A stretch of DNA of 19,848 nt from an uncultured Deferribacteres bacterium (GCA_964014485.1 CAXHAT010000151.1:1-19848), one strand, 5' to 3'. Numbered from the stretch's first letter, positions 8,561 through 17,710 are shown. Notes: generated from the sequence alone by a model not told the origin. Made by a program: numbers and translations.

Positions 8561-9049
8561 TTAAGTTCTGTCGATAATCGCGGCGGCAAGCTCTGCTTCC
8601 GTCGTCAGTTTCCCGTCGACGAATGCTTTGCCGTGCATTTTGCAAATGCTGCGTCGGAATTTAAGCATTTCAACTTCAAATCTAATTTGGTCGCCCGGGA
8701 TGACAGGCTTACGAAATTTCACTTTGTCCATTCCGGTAAAGAGAACGAGCTTTTCCTTCGGATTATCCGTTGCGTGCATCAACATCGAGCCTCCCACTTG
8801 CGCCATCGCTTCAACAATCAAGACGCCCGGCATAATCGGGCGGCCAGGGAAATGTCCGACAAAAAAGGGTTCGTTAATCGTCACATTTTTTATCCCGACG
8901 ACGCGTTTCATTGGAATCATTTCGATGATTCTGTCTACAAGCAAAAACGGATACCGGTGCGGCAGGATTTCAGACAAAGCTTGAGCATCCAAAATGACTC
9001 CGTTTTCATCAGCTTCAGAGCGCACTGCGCTTTTTTCATTTTCCGCCAT
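8561..9049 (-). CDS. fabZ: 3-hydroxyacyl-ACP dehydratase (stand-alone, not fused to LpxC)
   Basis: Motifs LPHRYPFLLVD, GHFPGRPIMPGVLIVEAMAQ and KFRKPVIPGD. Confidence 0.97.
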   Translation of the reverse strand: MAENEKSAVRSEADENGVILDAQALSEILPHRYPFLLVDRIIEMIPMKRVVGIKNVTINEPFFVGHFPGRPIMPGVLIVEAMAQVGGSMLMHATDNPKEKLVLFTGMDKVKFRKPVIPGDQIRFEVEMLKFRRSICKMHGKAFVDGKLTTEAELAAAIIDRT

Positions 9050-9078
9050 CAGTTTCTCACATGCTTAATCTGAATTTG

Positions 9079-9107
9079 ATTATCGAACGACAATAGTCGA
9101 GTGTAAA
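9079..9107 (-). promoter_or_regulatory. Sigma70-type promoter for fabZ
   Basis: Minus strand TTTACA (9107-9102), 17-bp spacer, GATAAT (9084-9079). Confidence 0.55.
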
Positions 9108-9200
9108 GCTTCACATCTACTATCTCAAGCAGTTCTTCAATTTTCTTTGAGTGCGCATTCTCGCACAATATGAATCTCGCCCCAAGAATCAGCCAAGCCT

Positions 9201-9267
9201 AAAAATCAGAAGGCTTTTGCATTTCTCCAGAAAGCGTTAGCAACGCTTTTCGAAACACAAAAGCCTT
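9201..9267 (-). terminator. Long hairpin after skp (terminator or RNA processing site)
   Basis: Minus strand AAGGCTTTTG-TGTTTC-GA-AAAGCGTT-GCT-AACGCTTT-CTGGA-GAAATG-CAAAAGCCTT, followed by CTGATTTTT. About 24 bp including two G-U pairs. Confidence 0.6.
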
Positions 9268-9294
9268 TTGTCGTAGCGGCTATAAGAATAAAGG

Positions 9295-9870
9295 TTAGTT
9301 TCTGTTCGCGGGGCCGTTAGCAGCAGACTTGTTTGCTGAAGCGCCTTTCTCAAGTTCCTGTAAAATGCGTTCGGTCAGATCGGACTGACTTTTATTTGCA
9401 AAAATAACGCTGGGCTGAGAAATATCAAAAATATAGGCATAATTTTCATCTTCGCCTAGTTTTTGGATCACGCCTTGAATTTTATCAACGATCGGCTGCA
9501 AAAGTCTGCCTTGCTCTTTATAAAATTCGCCTTGCGGGCCGAGTTTTTCCTGCTCAAATTGCTGACGGCGAAGATAAAGGTTTTGAATTTCAGTCGCGCG
9601 TTCGGCTTTGGTTTTTTCTGTTAGAACCAGCGCCTGCGCATTCAATTGCTCTTGTTTTTGTTGCAGCTCGCGCTCCATGTCAGCCGCTTCCTTTTGCCAA
9701 GCTTCATAGAGTTTTTGCAGTTCGGCCTGCGCATCCTGATGTTCTTTATAGTTTTGCAGGATTTTTTGCGAATCGACATAGCCGATCTTGAGTTGGGCAA
9801 GCGCAGACCCTGCTGAGAACAGGACTAGCGTCGCGATTACAAGAGCGCTTACGTTTTTTAAGTGTCTCAC
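9295..9870 (-). CDS. skp: Periplasmic chaperone Skp/OmpH
   Basis: Signal peptide (ALA|Q), KIGYVDSQKIL, helical core and YAYIFD...DLTERIL. Follows bamA. Start placed at GTG 9870, 7 nt after GGAGG. Confidence 0.93.
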   Translation of the reverse strand: MRHLKNVSALVIATLVLFSAGSALAQLKIGYVDSQKILQNYKEHQDAQAELQKLYEAWQKEAADMERELQQKQEQLNAQALVLTEKTKAERATEIQNLYLRRQQFEQEKLGPQGEFYKEQGRLLQPIVDKIQGVIQKLGEDENYAYIFDISQPSVIFANKSQSDLTERILQELEKGASANKSAANGPANRN

Positions 9871-9927
9871 TAGATGACCTCCCGGACTATCATGTAAATT
9901 GTGATGAATTAACAAAATTCGTGTAAA

Positions 9928-9955
9928 AATGTAAGAGTAAGGTTTTAAAGTTCAA
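9928..9955 (-). promoter_or_regulatory. Possible internal sigma70-type promoter for skp
   Basis: Minus strand TTGAAC (9955-9950), 16-bp spacer, TACATT (9933-9928). Confidence 0.4.
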
Positions 9956-9985
9956 GCTGATTGAATCGAAGCTGGCGGAAACGAT

Positions 9986-12313
9986 CTAAAAACTTCTTCC
10001 GAATACAAAATGCGGCTTCCATTTCCCAAATCGTTCGCCAGTAATTGGATCAACGTTATCAAAGCCATAAGCGTAGTCAAAACCCAAAATCCCGATAAGC
10101 GGCATATGAATTCTGGCGCCAAAACCAACCGAACGGCGAAGGTTGCCAAAATTTGTTCTCTCAAGTGATTCCCAAGTGTTCCCAGCTTCTAAAAACGTCA
10201 GGGCGAAAATAGTCGGGTTCGGCGATACGGGCAGCCGAACTTCAAACGAATATTTCATCATCGTTTCGCCGCCGATCCTTAGTCTCGGGTCGCTGACGCT
10301 GTTACTGAGCGGATCATCATAGCCGCGCAACGGGATTGATCTGGTCAGGCCTTCTCCGCCCATAAAAAATCGTTCAAGGTAAGGAATCCGGGCTTTGCCG
10401 CCATAGCCTCTGATTAAACCAATTTCAAAATTTGAGTGGAGCACAAGACTCCCGATCAGCGGGGAAAACCATTCGGCTTTGAACTGTTGCTTGTGGTAGT
10501 TGACGTTTCCGCCAAGAAAAGAACCGGCGACCTCGGATGAAAAGGAGAAATTCGAGCCGTTGGTCGGAAACTCAGCGCGGTTCAAACTGTTCCTGCTGAA
10601 GATTTGCGTAATACTGCTTGAAGTAATCGGATACTGTTCCTGAGCGATGCTTAAGCTGGAAAAAATCCCAATAAAATCAGTCAGGTTGGTTCGATCAATC
10701 TTATAAATCCAGTCGCCGCGGAAAAAGTTGTCGGGCCACGCCAGTCTCCTTCCAACGCGAACGCTCCCGCCTCGGGATTCTTGCTTATAACCCGTGTACC
10801 GCGCTTCCCGCTTGATATCATAAAAGCTGATTCCGGCAAGCATTGGCTTGTCAAAGAGCCACGGCTCTGTAAAATTGATTTGAAAAGAGCGGAAGAATCG
10901 GCCAAAATTCCAGTCAAAAGCAAACTGTTGACCGTTGCCGAAAAGGTTGTTCATCGAAACGCCAATGTTGCCGATGAAACGATCTAACTCGCTCCAGCCC
11001 GCCGACATGTTGGCCGTATCAGTCGATTTTTCTTCGACTTCCAGAACGATATCGACATTTTCCTCATCCACCGGAACGGGCTGGGGATTGACGTTGCCAA
11101 AATAATTCAAAACCCACAGTTCGCGGGCGCTGCGGACAAGAAGTTCGCGGCTGAATTTCTGTCCCGGACGTACAAAAAGCGAACGCCGGATGACTTTTTC
11201 CTTCGTACGCGTATTGCCAACAATCTTGACTTTGCCGACTTCCGCGGCCTTGCCTTCGTTGATAAAAAACTTGACGTCAATTGTGTCGTTTCCGGCTGGC
11301 AGTTCTCGCGGGTTAATATTCGCCCAAATATACCCGGCGTCCCAATATGCCGTGCTGAGCTTGTCGCCTTGCGCTTCAATAAGTTTTTTAGCGCTATACT
11401 CGTCCCCGGATTGAAAATTAATGACCTGAGCTAATTGTTCAGAGGTAAAAAGCTCATTCCCTTCGAACTCAATCTTCCCGAAATAATACTTTGTATTTTC
11501 CTTAACCCAAACGTCGACAAACATCGCTTTGTTTTCCGGGCCGTAGGAAAGAGAGTCTCGTACAAGCTCGGCGTCTCTAAATCCTTTTGAACGATAAAAA
11601 TCGACGACCAGGTCTTTGTCTGCTTCGAATTTCTCAGGATCGAAATCAGCGCCGCGATACCACGTGTCTTCCTTGGTTTTTTTCATCTGCTTGCGCAGCT
11701 TTTTGTCGCCAAAAGCCAAGTTGCCGTGAAAGTTGATTTTCTTGACTTGAACCTTGTTGCCTTCCTTAATATCGATCAGCACGGAAACTTTGCCGGAATC
11801 GTCAGGCATAGCGACTTGATCGGAAGAAACTTCCGCCAAGAGAAACCCTTTGTCTTTATAGAGGTCTTTTATCGAATGTCGCCAGTTGTTCAGGCGGGCG
11901 GGACTAACAGCTAATCCACGATAGGCGTCGTCCAATTCTTTCTGCAAAGTTTTTTCTTTGACGCGCTTGTTTCCCTTGAATTGGACTTTTTCGAGCCTGG
12001 GGAATTCTTCAACTTTAATCGTAATTTCAATTCCCGAGTCGCCAACTTCGCGGTCAATGACGATTTGCACGTCTGAGAAGAAGCCGAGCTCCCACAGCGT
12101 TCGAATTGCATTTTGAACGTCGTCCCCGGTTACTGTAGCGCCTTCGGTCAGGCCGGAATGTATGCGGATAACGTTATCATTAAAAGTAGACGCGCCTTCT
12201 ACTTTAACGCCAAGCAATGTCGCTTTGCGCGCGGCAGGGTTTTGCGCAAGAGCGGCGGCTGGCAGAGCCATGACAGCAAAAAAAAGCGCTAAGTATCTAA
12301 TAAATCTATACAT
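9986..12313 (-). CDS. bamA: Outer membrane protein assembly factor BamA
   Basis: Signal peptide, five POTRA-like repeats (e.g. I.F.GN..., GNTRTKEKVIRR), beta-barrel with NNLFGNGQ, FTEPWLFD, L6 motif LRGY and C-terminal F. Start at ATG 12313 (alternative 12328). Confidence 0.96.
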   Translation of the reverse strand: MYRFIRYLALFFAVMALPAAALAQNPAARKATLLGVKVEGASTFNDNVIRIHSGLTEGATVTGDDVQNAIRTLWELGFFSDVQIVIDREVGDSGIEITIKVEEFPRLEKVQFKGNKRVKEKTLQKELDDAYRGLAVSPARLNNWRHSIKDLYKDKGFLLAEVSSDQVAMPDDSGKVSVLIDIKEGNKVQVKKINFHGNLAFGDKKLRKQMKKTKEDTWYRGADFDPEKFEADKDLVVDFYRSKGFRDAELVRDSLSYGPENKAMFVDVWVKENTKYYFGKIEFEGNELFTSEQLAQVINFQSGDEYSAKKLIEAQGDKLSTAYWDAGYIWANINPRELPAGNDTIDVKFFINEGKAAEVGKVKIVGNTRTKEKVIRRSLFVRPGQKFSRELLVRSARELWVLNYFGNVNPQPVPVDEENVDIVLEVEEKSTDTANMSAGWSELDRFIGNIGVSMNNLFGNGQQFAFDWNFGRFFRSFQINFTEPWLFDKPMLAGISFYDIKREARYTGYKQESRGGSVRVGRRLAWPDNFFRGDWIYKIDRTNLTDFIGIFSSLSIAQEQYPITSSSITQIFSRNSLNRAEFPTNGSNFSFSSEVAGSFLGGNVNYHKQQFKAEWFSPLIGSLVLHSNFEIGLIRGYGGKARIPYLERFFMGGEGLTRSIPLRGYDDPLSNSVSDPRLRIGGETMMKYSFEVRLPVSPNPTIFALTFLEAGNTWESLERTNFGNLRRSVGFGARIHMPLIGILGFDYAYGFDNVDPITGERFGKWKPHFVFGRSF

Positions 12314-12347
12314 GCTTAAACTTTCCATATTCTGAAAAAACGCGCTC

Positions 12348-12376
12348 AAAGTACAAATCCCTTTATATAATGTAAA
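12348..12376 (-). promoter_or_regulatory. Sigma70-type promoter for bamA
   Basis: Minus strand TTTACA (12376-12371), 17-bp spacer, TACTTT (12353-12348), in the intergenic gap. Confidence 0.55.
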
Positions 12377-12393
12377 GAAAAATTCCCGGCTCA

Positions 12394-15300
12394 TTAAAAT
12401 GGAAAAGAATGCCGCAGCCAAATGCGCTTGTCCTCTTTCCAGGGCGACGCAAGAGCGTTATTGTAGTCGTATTGCATTTGCAGAAGCAACGACGGATTAA
12501 TGCGAAATTCGAACCCCAGTGTATGCCTAAACCCAATATTTGGCGTTTCCAAAGTATTATAAACCGGCCAAGTGTCAATCTGCCCGGTATAGAGAAAATA
12601 CATTCTATTTGACAAATATTTTCCCAAGGTCACTTTCGAGCTGCGAAATATCGTCAGCGCCAAATCCAAATCTGTTCTGCTGTTATCATTGATTTCGAGA
12701 AAATTTCTGGTAAATCTCGAATGAAGACGAACGACGTCTAAACCAAGCGAACTTCTCAATTTGCGTTCAACAGGGCGCAACAGGTTCCGGAAAACGATTC
12801 GCTCCGTATTCATCGTGAGAAATTCCGTCGCCTGTTCGCGAATATCATCGAGATTGTTGAATTTAACGCCCAAGATCGAGAGCAAGTTCACTTTTGAATA
12901 ATTATAATATTGATTATCCGATTCGATCTCCAAATAAACGTCTTCAAGCCTGGCTCTTTGCTTGAGCGCGCCGGTTTCAGGGTCACGCGCCAAGAGTTTC
13001 AAATAAACATGATCGGAACGTTCGAGCGTATCGTTGTAAATGGTCGTCCATGCCGTCCCATTCAAAATCGGCTCCAACGAACTCCGATCCCACGCCGCGC
13101 TAAATTTGTCTATTCTGAAATCGAGATCAAAATACTCAATCGTTCCGCGCGTCGATTCGACCTGGCCGGCAATGCGAAAAGAGCTTGTATCATCTTCAAC
13201 AAGTTGCTTCCTGATCTCCTTCCAACGAGACGTGTAAGCGTCTTGCACTTCTAACATGTCGCCTCGGCCGTTAGCCGGTCGTTGAATCACGTGGCCGTTC
13301 GTTTGATTCGAGCCGCTCTTTGCCGCCAAATCTTTTTCAACTTCGAGAGGAACGAATGTCGAAGTGTCGCGAACGACGCCAGTGAAATGGAGACGACTAA
13401 CGGCGTCGTTTAGCCCTAGGTTCACATAAAAATTGCTTATCCCGTATTTGAGCTCTTTAACATATCTGTTATCCTTCCCGGCTATGGCCGCAACGTCCCA
13501 ATCGGCGTTCATCAATATATTCAGGATAACCGCGTTCGATGAATCACTAGATTCAATGAACGGGTAGGTTAAATCAACTTTATTTAAAACAACATCGCCG
13601 CGGAAAACAGGATGCCCCCAAGGCCCGGCAATAAAAAAGCCCGGTTCGTCTCTTGTGATTTGCTCTTCATCAGACGGAAGCGCCGTCCCGTTTGCCGCCG
13701 CCTTGCTTCTTCCTTTGAAATGAAAGTTGCCAACTTCACCGGGTTGCATAAGCCCGGGAATATATAGCGGCACTCCTCCAGGCTCTGAATTAAGCTGAAG
13801 CGTCCCCAAACTCATCCAATCGCGGTTTAAAATGAGCGGCGCGCCCAGATTGCCCCGTCTGACCGGCGCATACTCGTAATTCGTTAGCGACAGCTTCTTT
13901 CCCCCGATTTTTCCATCCAGTTTTACGATTTCGACAAAGCGACCGCGGGTAACGAGCTTGGCTTCAATATCCGTTATCTTGTCGGCAACTTGATTTAAAT
14001 GAATGCGCCCGTTTGAAATGTTCAGTTGCGAGTCCATGAGACGCATTCGCTTGTACGGCCCGCCAAGCTTAAGATCCAACTCGCCGTACCCGTACGTTTG
14101 CGTAACGTTTTGCGTAAAATCAGAAAGCGTCGAAAGAAAATCGCCGCTGCCTTTAAGCTCGATTCTCGCCGAATCCTGTTTATTCAAGGGAAAAACGCCG
14201 CTGCCTCGCATGACATACTTTTTAGATTTTCTGAACGTAATGCCGCCGACACGCCAGCCGTCATCGCTCAGAAAAGAATGGCCATTATTTTCATCGCCGA
14301 GGTCAAATCGAAGTTCATCAAAACTAAACCATAGCGCCTGTCCGTCACGTACATTGACGCTGCCGTAAGTTGCAAGCGGCCACTTGTCGCCTCTCAATTT
14401 GATATCAACATCAGCTCTCCCCAAAACGACGCTGTCCCGCGTCGAAAGGGTAAAGAGAAGATGGTTAATATCGATGTTTTGACCTGAAAGCGTAAAATCG
14501 ATCTTGCGCGGCGAGTTGGTAATTTCCCCGCTCAACGCAAGGAAGGGCTGTTGGCTTTCATTGATTAAAAACCTGTCGAGTCGAAAGCCCTTTCTATCGA
14601 TGTTCGCGGACAATACAACGTCGTATATTCCTGCGCCTTTGTAATAGCCGTTAAAAATGCCGCCGTCAATTTCCGCAACCGGTTCTCGCAGCTTCCCGCT
14701 CAGTTTAACCTTGCCGAAAGCGCGTCCCGTGACGATTTTAAGCCCGGTCGAATCATCAATCGTCGAAATTTCTTCAAGCTCAAGGTCTTGAAGGTTGATT
14801 TCGCCGTCAACATTTTGCCCTCCAACCAACTCAACCTTCGCCTGACCAGTGACCCACTTGCCGTCGCCGATACGATAGATATTCAACAATTTTTCATCAT
14901 AAGAAGCGGCAAAGCTCGTGGAAAGCATTTCATTCCGCTCGGGGTAAAGACTCAGCTTTCCTGTCACGGAACCGGTGTTTTTACCGTTTTCTTTAAGCTC
15001 CAGCGTTGAAATAAGAAAAGGCTTTTCTTCCTCCAGCCCGACCCCCCTTATTCTTAAAGAAAGGTCGCTTGGCGAGCCGAGTACGCTGGTTTCCAAGCGA
15101 TAACGGTCAGCAAAATAATTGGGAACGGGGAATCGCAAAAGCTTTGCGGCGGTTGTCAGATCGTTGATTTCAAAATCAAAATGAGGCTTTTCTAATGTGT
15201 TGGTGATGCTTCCTTGAGCGAACAATCGGTCGAATTGATCTTGAGTATTGAAGCTTATGTCCCAGTTTTCAATTTCAAAATCACCGTTGAACCCCAAACG

Positions 15301-16764
15301 CTCCTGCGAAGCGGTCGGCAACATCAACGAAAAGGCGCCGTCGAAACGCGGCGAGTTTAGTCGCCCTTTGACTTGGGCTGTAATTTTTCCTTGAGCGCCG
15401 GAGAGTCTTTCCAGCCGAAGCGCTTCAAACACCGGCGTAAAATCGCCCTCAGTTTTCAGCATCGCCGAAATTGTGTGGTGCGAGCCGTTGAAAAAAATGT
15501 CTCCTTCGCCTTCAATTCTGTTAAATCGATTTTGCGCCACTGCTCTTTCAAAGCTTAAAACAGAATCGATCAGCGAAACATTCACAATCGCTTTTTCCAA
15601 ATGCAAATCCTGGAAAAATAAACTGTCACTCTGAAAAACGCCGTGGAACGCCGGCTGATCGATCGTGCCGCTCAAGAGCAGCTCCAACTCACCTCGCCCG
15701 CTGACGAGCGATTCAGAATCAGGCGTAAGTTTTTCAATCCAGGATTTTGGCGAAAAATCGTATGATTTGAGCGTGATCCACAATTGAGGCTCAATAAGGT
15801 TTTTCAGATCGCCGCTCAACTCAATTTTAGAACCGTTTAGATAACAAGCGCCGCTGAGAATCTTCACCGAATCATTTGCCACGCTTGCTTCAATATCAAT
15901 ATCTTCAAACGTCAAGTTGCCTTTTTTGAGAAAGGCTTCCCCGTCTTGCAAGAAAACCTTGCCGTGCAAGCCGTAGCTGTGTTCATCTGGCTGATTCATG
16001 AGGGAGACGCTGACCGACATGGCCCCGTCCCGCAAAACGATGCCCGTTTTTTCTCCCAAATCAACTTCTTTGTCAAAAACGTACTTGGCTGAGAAAAGGA
16101 GGGAATCGATTTCTCCAGCTTCCAGATCAACACGGCAATCGAATCTCACGCTCTGCTCGTTTTCGCGCAAGGAAGCGACAAAAACAACGTCGTTTTTTTG
16201 GTTGTCAACGATAATCGATGAGCCGTAAATTTCTTTCAGAAGTTGTCGCGCGGGTGCATTTCTGTCGTCTTCCAGGAACAATTCGCCGGCATTAAATTGA
16301 ATAAACTTGGTCCAGTCCTTCATCCCGGACAGTGCTTCCGAAACGTCCACCAAGGTTTCGATGAGGCGGGTTTCATCCGGTTTTTGGAGAATGCCGTTTT
16401 TAGGCATGCTGGAGGAGATAGTCAGGCGAGGTTTACTGATAAAGACTTGTTTATCCGTTTCGTCAAAGTTGAAGCCTTCCTTAATAAAGGCCTTCGAATC
16501 GTAGTCGAGGCGCGCTTCTTCAATCCAAATGCGAAAAGATTCGTCTTGAGGCTTGTACACAAGGTTCTCAAAGTGCAGCGATCCTAACCCGAAAGTAATT
16601 TCTTCGACTTCGAGTTCGTCCCCAAAGGTAGCGATCAGCTCAGAACGTACGTACTCGACCAGGCGCTGGTTAAATTCAAAAAACTTCCAGGCTTGGTGAG
16701 TAATTATGATCGCTAGCGGGGTAAAAATGACGATCACAAAAAAAATACGGCGTATTTTTTTCAT
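12394..16764 (-). CDS. Large TamB/AsmA-like envelope bridge protein (about 1456 aa)
   Basis: N-terminal basic patch plus single TM anchor (MKKIRRIFFVIVIFTPLAIII). Beta-rich throughout, with repeated G.L..P...G motifs (LSGTIDQPAFHG, VKGRLNSPRFDG, LSGKLREPVAEIDG). TamB-like C-terminus (SLGLDVVRL, VTLGKYLSNRMYFLY). Directly upstream of bamA. Confidence 0.75.
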   Translation of the reverse strand: MKKIRRIFFVIVIFTPLAIIITHQAWKFFEFNQRLVEYVRSELIATFGDELEVEEITFGLGSLHFENLVYKPQDESFRIWIEEARLDYDSKAFIKEGFNFDETDKQVFISKPRLTISSSMPKNGILQKPDETRLIETLVDVSEALSGMKDWTKFIQFNAGELFLEDDRNAPARQLLKEIYGSSIIVDNQKNDVVFVASLRENEQSVRFDCRVDLEAGEIDSLLFSAKYVFDKEVDLGEKTGIVLRDGAMSVSVSLMNQPDEHSYGLHGKVFLQDGEAFLKKGNLTFEDIDIEASVANDSVKILSGACYLNGSKIELSGDLKNLIEPQLWITLKSYDFSPKSWIEKLTPDSESLVSGRGELELLLSGTIDQPAFHGVFQSDSLFFQDLHLEKAIVNVSLIDSVLSFERAVAQNRFNRIEGEGDIFFNGSHHTISAMLKTEGDFTPVFEALRLERLSGAQGKITAQVKGRLNSPRFDGAFSLMLPTASQERLGFNGDFEIENWDISFNTQDQFDRLFAQGSITNTLEKPHFDFEINDLTTAAKLLRFPVPNYFADRYRLETSVLGSPSDLSLRIRGVGLEEEKPFLISTLELKENGKNTGSVTGKLSLYPERNEMLSTSFAASYDEKLLNIYRIGDGKWVTGQAKVELVGGQNVDGEINLQDLELEEISTIDDSTGLKIVTGRAFGKVKLSGKLREPVAEIDGGIFNGYYKGAGIYDVVLSANIDRKGFRLDRFLINESQQPFLALSGEITNSPRKIDFTLSGQNIDINHLLFTLSTRDSVVLGRADVDIKLRGDKWPLATYGSVNVRDGQALWFSFDELRFDLGDENNGHSFLSDDGWRVGGITFRKSKKYVMRGSGVFPLNKQDSARIELKGSGDFLSTLSDFTQNVTQTYGYGELDLKLGGPYKRMRLMDSQLNISNGRIHLNQVADKITDIEAKLVTRGRFVEIVKLDGKIGGKKLSLTNYEYAPVRRGNLGAPLILNRDWMSLGTLQLNSEPGGVPLYIPGLMQPGEVGNFHFKGRSKAAANGTALPSDEEQITRDEPGFFIAGPWGHPVFRGDVVLNKVDLTYPFIESSDSSNAVILNILMNADWDVAAIAGKDNRYVKELKYGISNFYVNLGLNDAVSRLHFTGVVRDTSTFVPLEVEKDLAAKSGSNQTNGHVIQRPANGRGDMLEVQDAYTSRWKEIRKQLVEDDTSSFRIAGQVESTRGTIEYFDLDFRIDKFSAAWDRSSLEPILNGTAWTTIYNDTLERSDHVYLKLLARDPETGALKQRARLEDVYLEIESDNQYYNYSKVNLLSILGVKFNNLDDIREQATEFLTMNTERIVFRNLLRPVERKLRSSLGLDVVRLHSRFTRNFLEINDNSRTDLDLALTIFRSSKVTLGKYLSNRMYFLYTGQIDTWPVYNTLETPNIGFRHTLGFEFRINPSLLLQMQYDYNNALASPWKEDKRIWLRHSFPF

Positions 16765-16900
16765 TCTGATAAACAATATTTATCTAAAAATGTGTTTGAT
16801 GATAAATTCGCAAAGATGTTGCCAGCTTTTCCAGCCGGCGGCGATTCACGCTGAAGCAAACTGCGCGAGGGCGACAGAGACTTACCGTCCCTGTTGGGAG

Positions 16901-17710
16901 TTACGACTTGTTGGCGGGCTTTTTTCTTTTGCTGTGTTGATTTATTTGTTCGCCAACCTTGCCGAACCTTCTCTCGCGCTGCTGGAAAACGCGAATAGCT
17001 TCGTAAAATTCAAGACGGCGAAATTCAGGCCAAAACTTTTCTGTAAAATAGATTTCTGTATAAGCTAGCTGCCAGAGCAAAAAATTGCTCAACCGCAATT
17101 CACCGGACGTCCGAATGAGCAGGTCGGGGTCGGGAAGGTCACAAGTGTACAAATAGCGATCAAAAACCGTCTCCGTAATATCAGACTGTTCGGTCTTGTT
17201 TTTTTTTGCATCTGAAATGATTTTGTTTACGGCGTCAATTATTTCCTGGCGGCCGCTGTAGCTAAGGGCAAGATTTAGCGTCAGACCTGTGTTTTTGCGC
17301 AACAGGTGCATGGCTTGTTGTATGCCTTGACGAGGCAGAAAAGGCAAATCTTCGATGCGCCCGATCGCTTGCAGCTTTACGTTATTTCGGTTTAGATCAT
17401 CAACTTCATTTCTGATCGTCTGCAAAAGCAGCGACATGAGTGCGCTGACTTCTTTTTTCGGGCGCTTCCAGTTTTCAGTTGAAAAAGTGTATAAAGTGAG
17501 ATATTTAACGTTTAACTCGCCGGCGGCGTTGACGATTTCGCGAACGGAATTGACGCCTTCCTGGTGCCCGGCCACTCTCGGCAAGCGCCTTTCTTGAGCC
17601 CACCTGCCGTTTCCGTCCATGATAATTGCAATATGTTGTGGAATTTGGCCGCCTGCCAAAACCTCGCTCTTTACACGCTTTTCTTCAAGCTCTAATTTTT
17701 CAGCGACCAT
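16901..17710 (-). CDS. uppS: Undecaprenyl diphosphate synthase (isoprenyl transferase)
   Basis: Motifs HIAIIMDGNGRW, YTFSTENWKRP and DLLIRTSGELRLSNFLLWQ. ATG 17710 is preferred because TTG 17737 overlaps the predicted -10. Confidence 0.97.
   Translation of the reverse strand: MVAEKLELEEKRVKSEVLAGGQIPQHIAIIMDGNGRWAQERRLPRVAGHQEGVNSVREIVNAAGELNVKYLTLYTFSTENWKRPKKEVSALMSLLLQTIRNEVDDLNRNNVKLQAIGRIEDLPFLPRQGIQQAMHLLRKNTGLTLNLALSYSGRQEIIDAVNKIISDAKKNKTEQSDITETVFDRYLYTCDLPDPDLLIRTSGELRLSNFLLWQLAYTEIYFTEKFWPEFRRLEFYEAIRVFQQRERRFGKVGEQINQHSKRKKPANKS

Noticed and set aside
9100..9115. CRP-like AGTGT-N6-TCACA overlapping the fabZ -35
   Set aside because: Only one good half-site and a non-canonical position; too weak without conservation data.
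9948..9953. SigmaE-type -35 (GAACTT, minus strand) upstream of skp
   Set aside because: No matching -10 at the 16-17 bp spacing.
12314..12421. N-terminal extension of BamA overlapping the tamB-like gene
   Set aside because: It covers the predicted promoter. The signal peptide begins at Met 12313 (or 12328).
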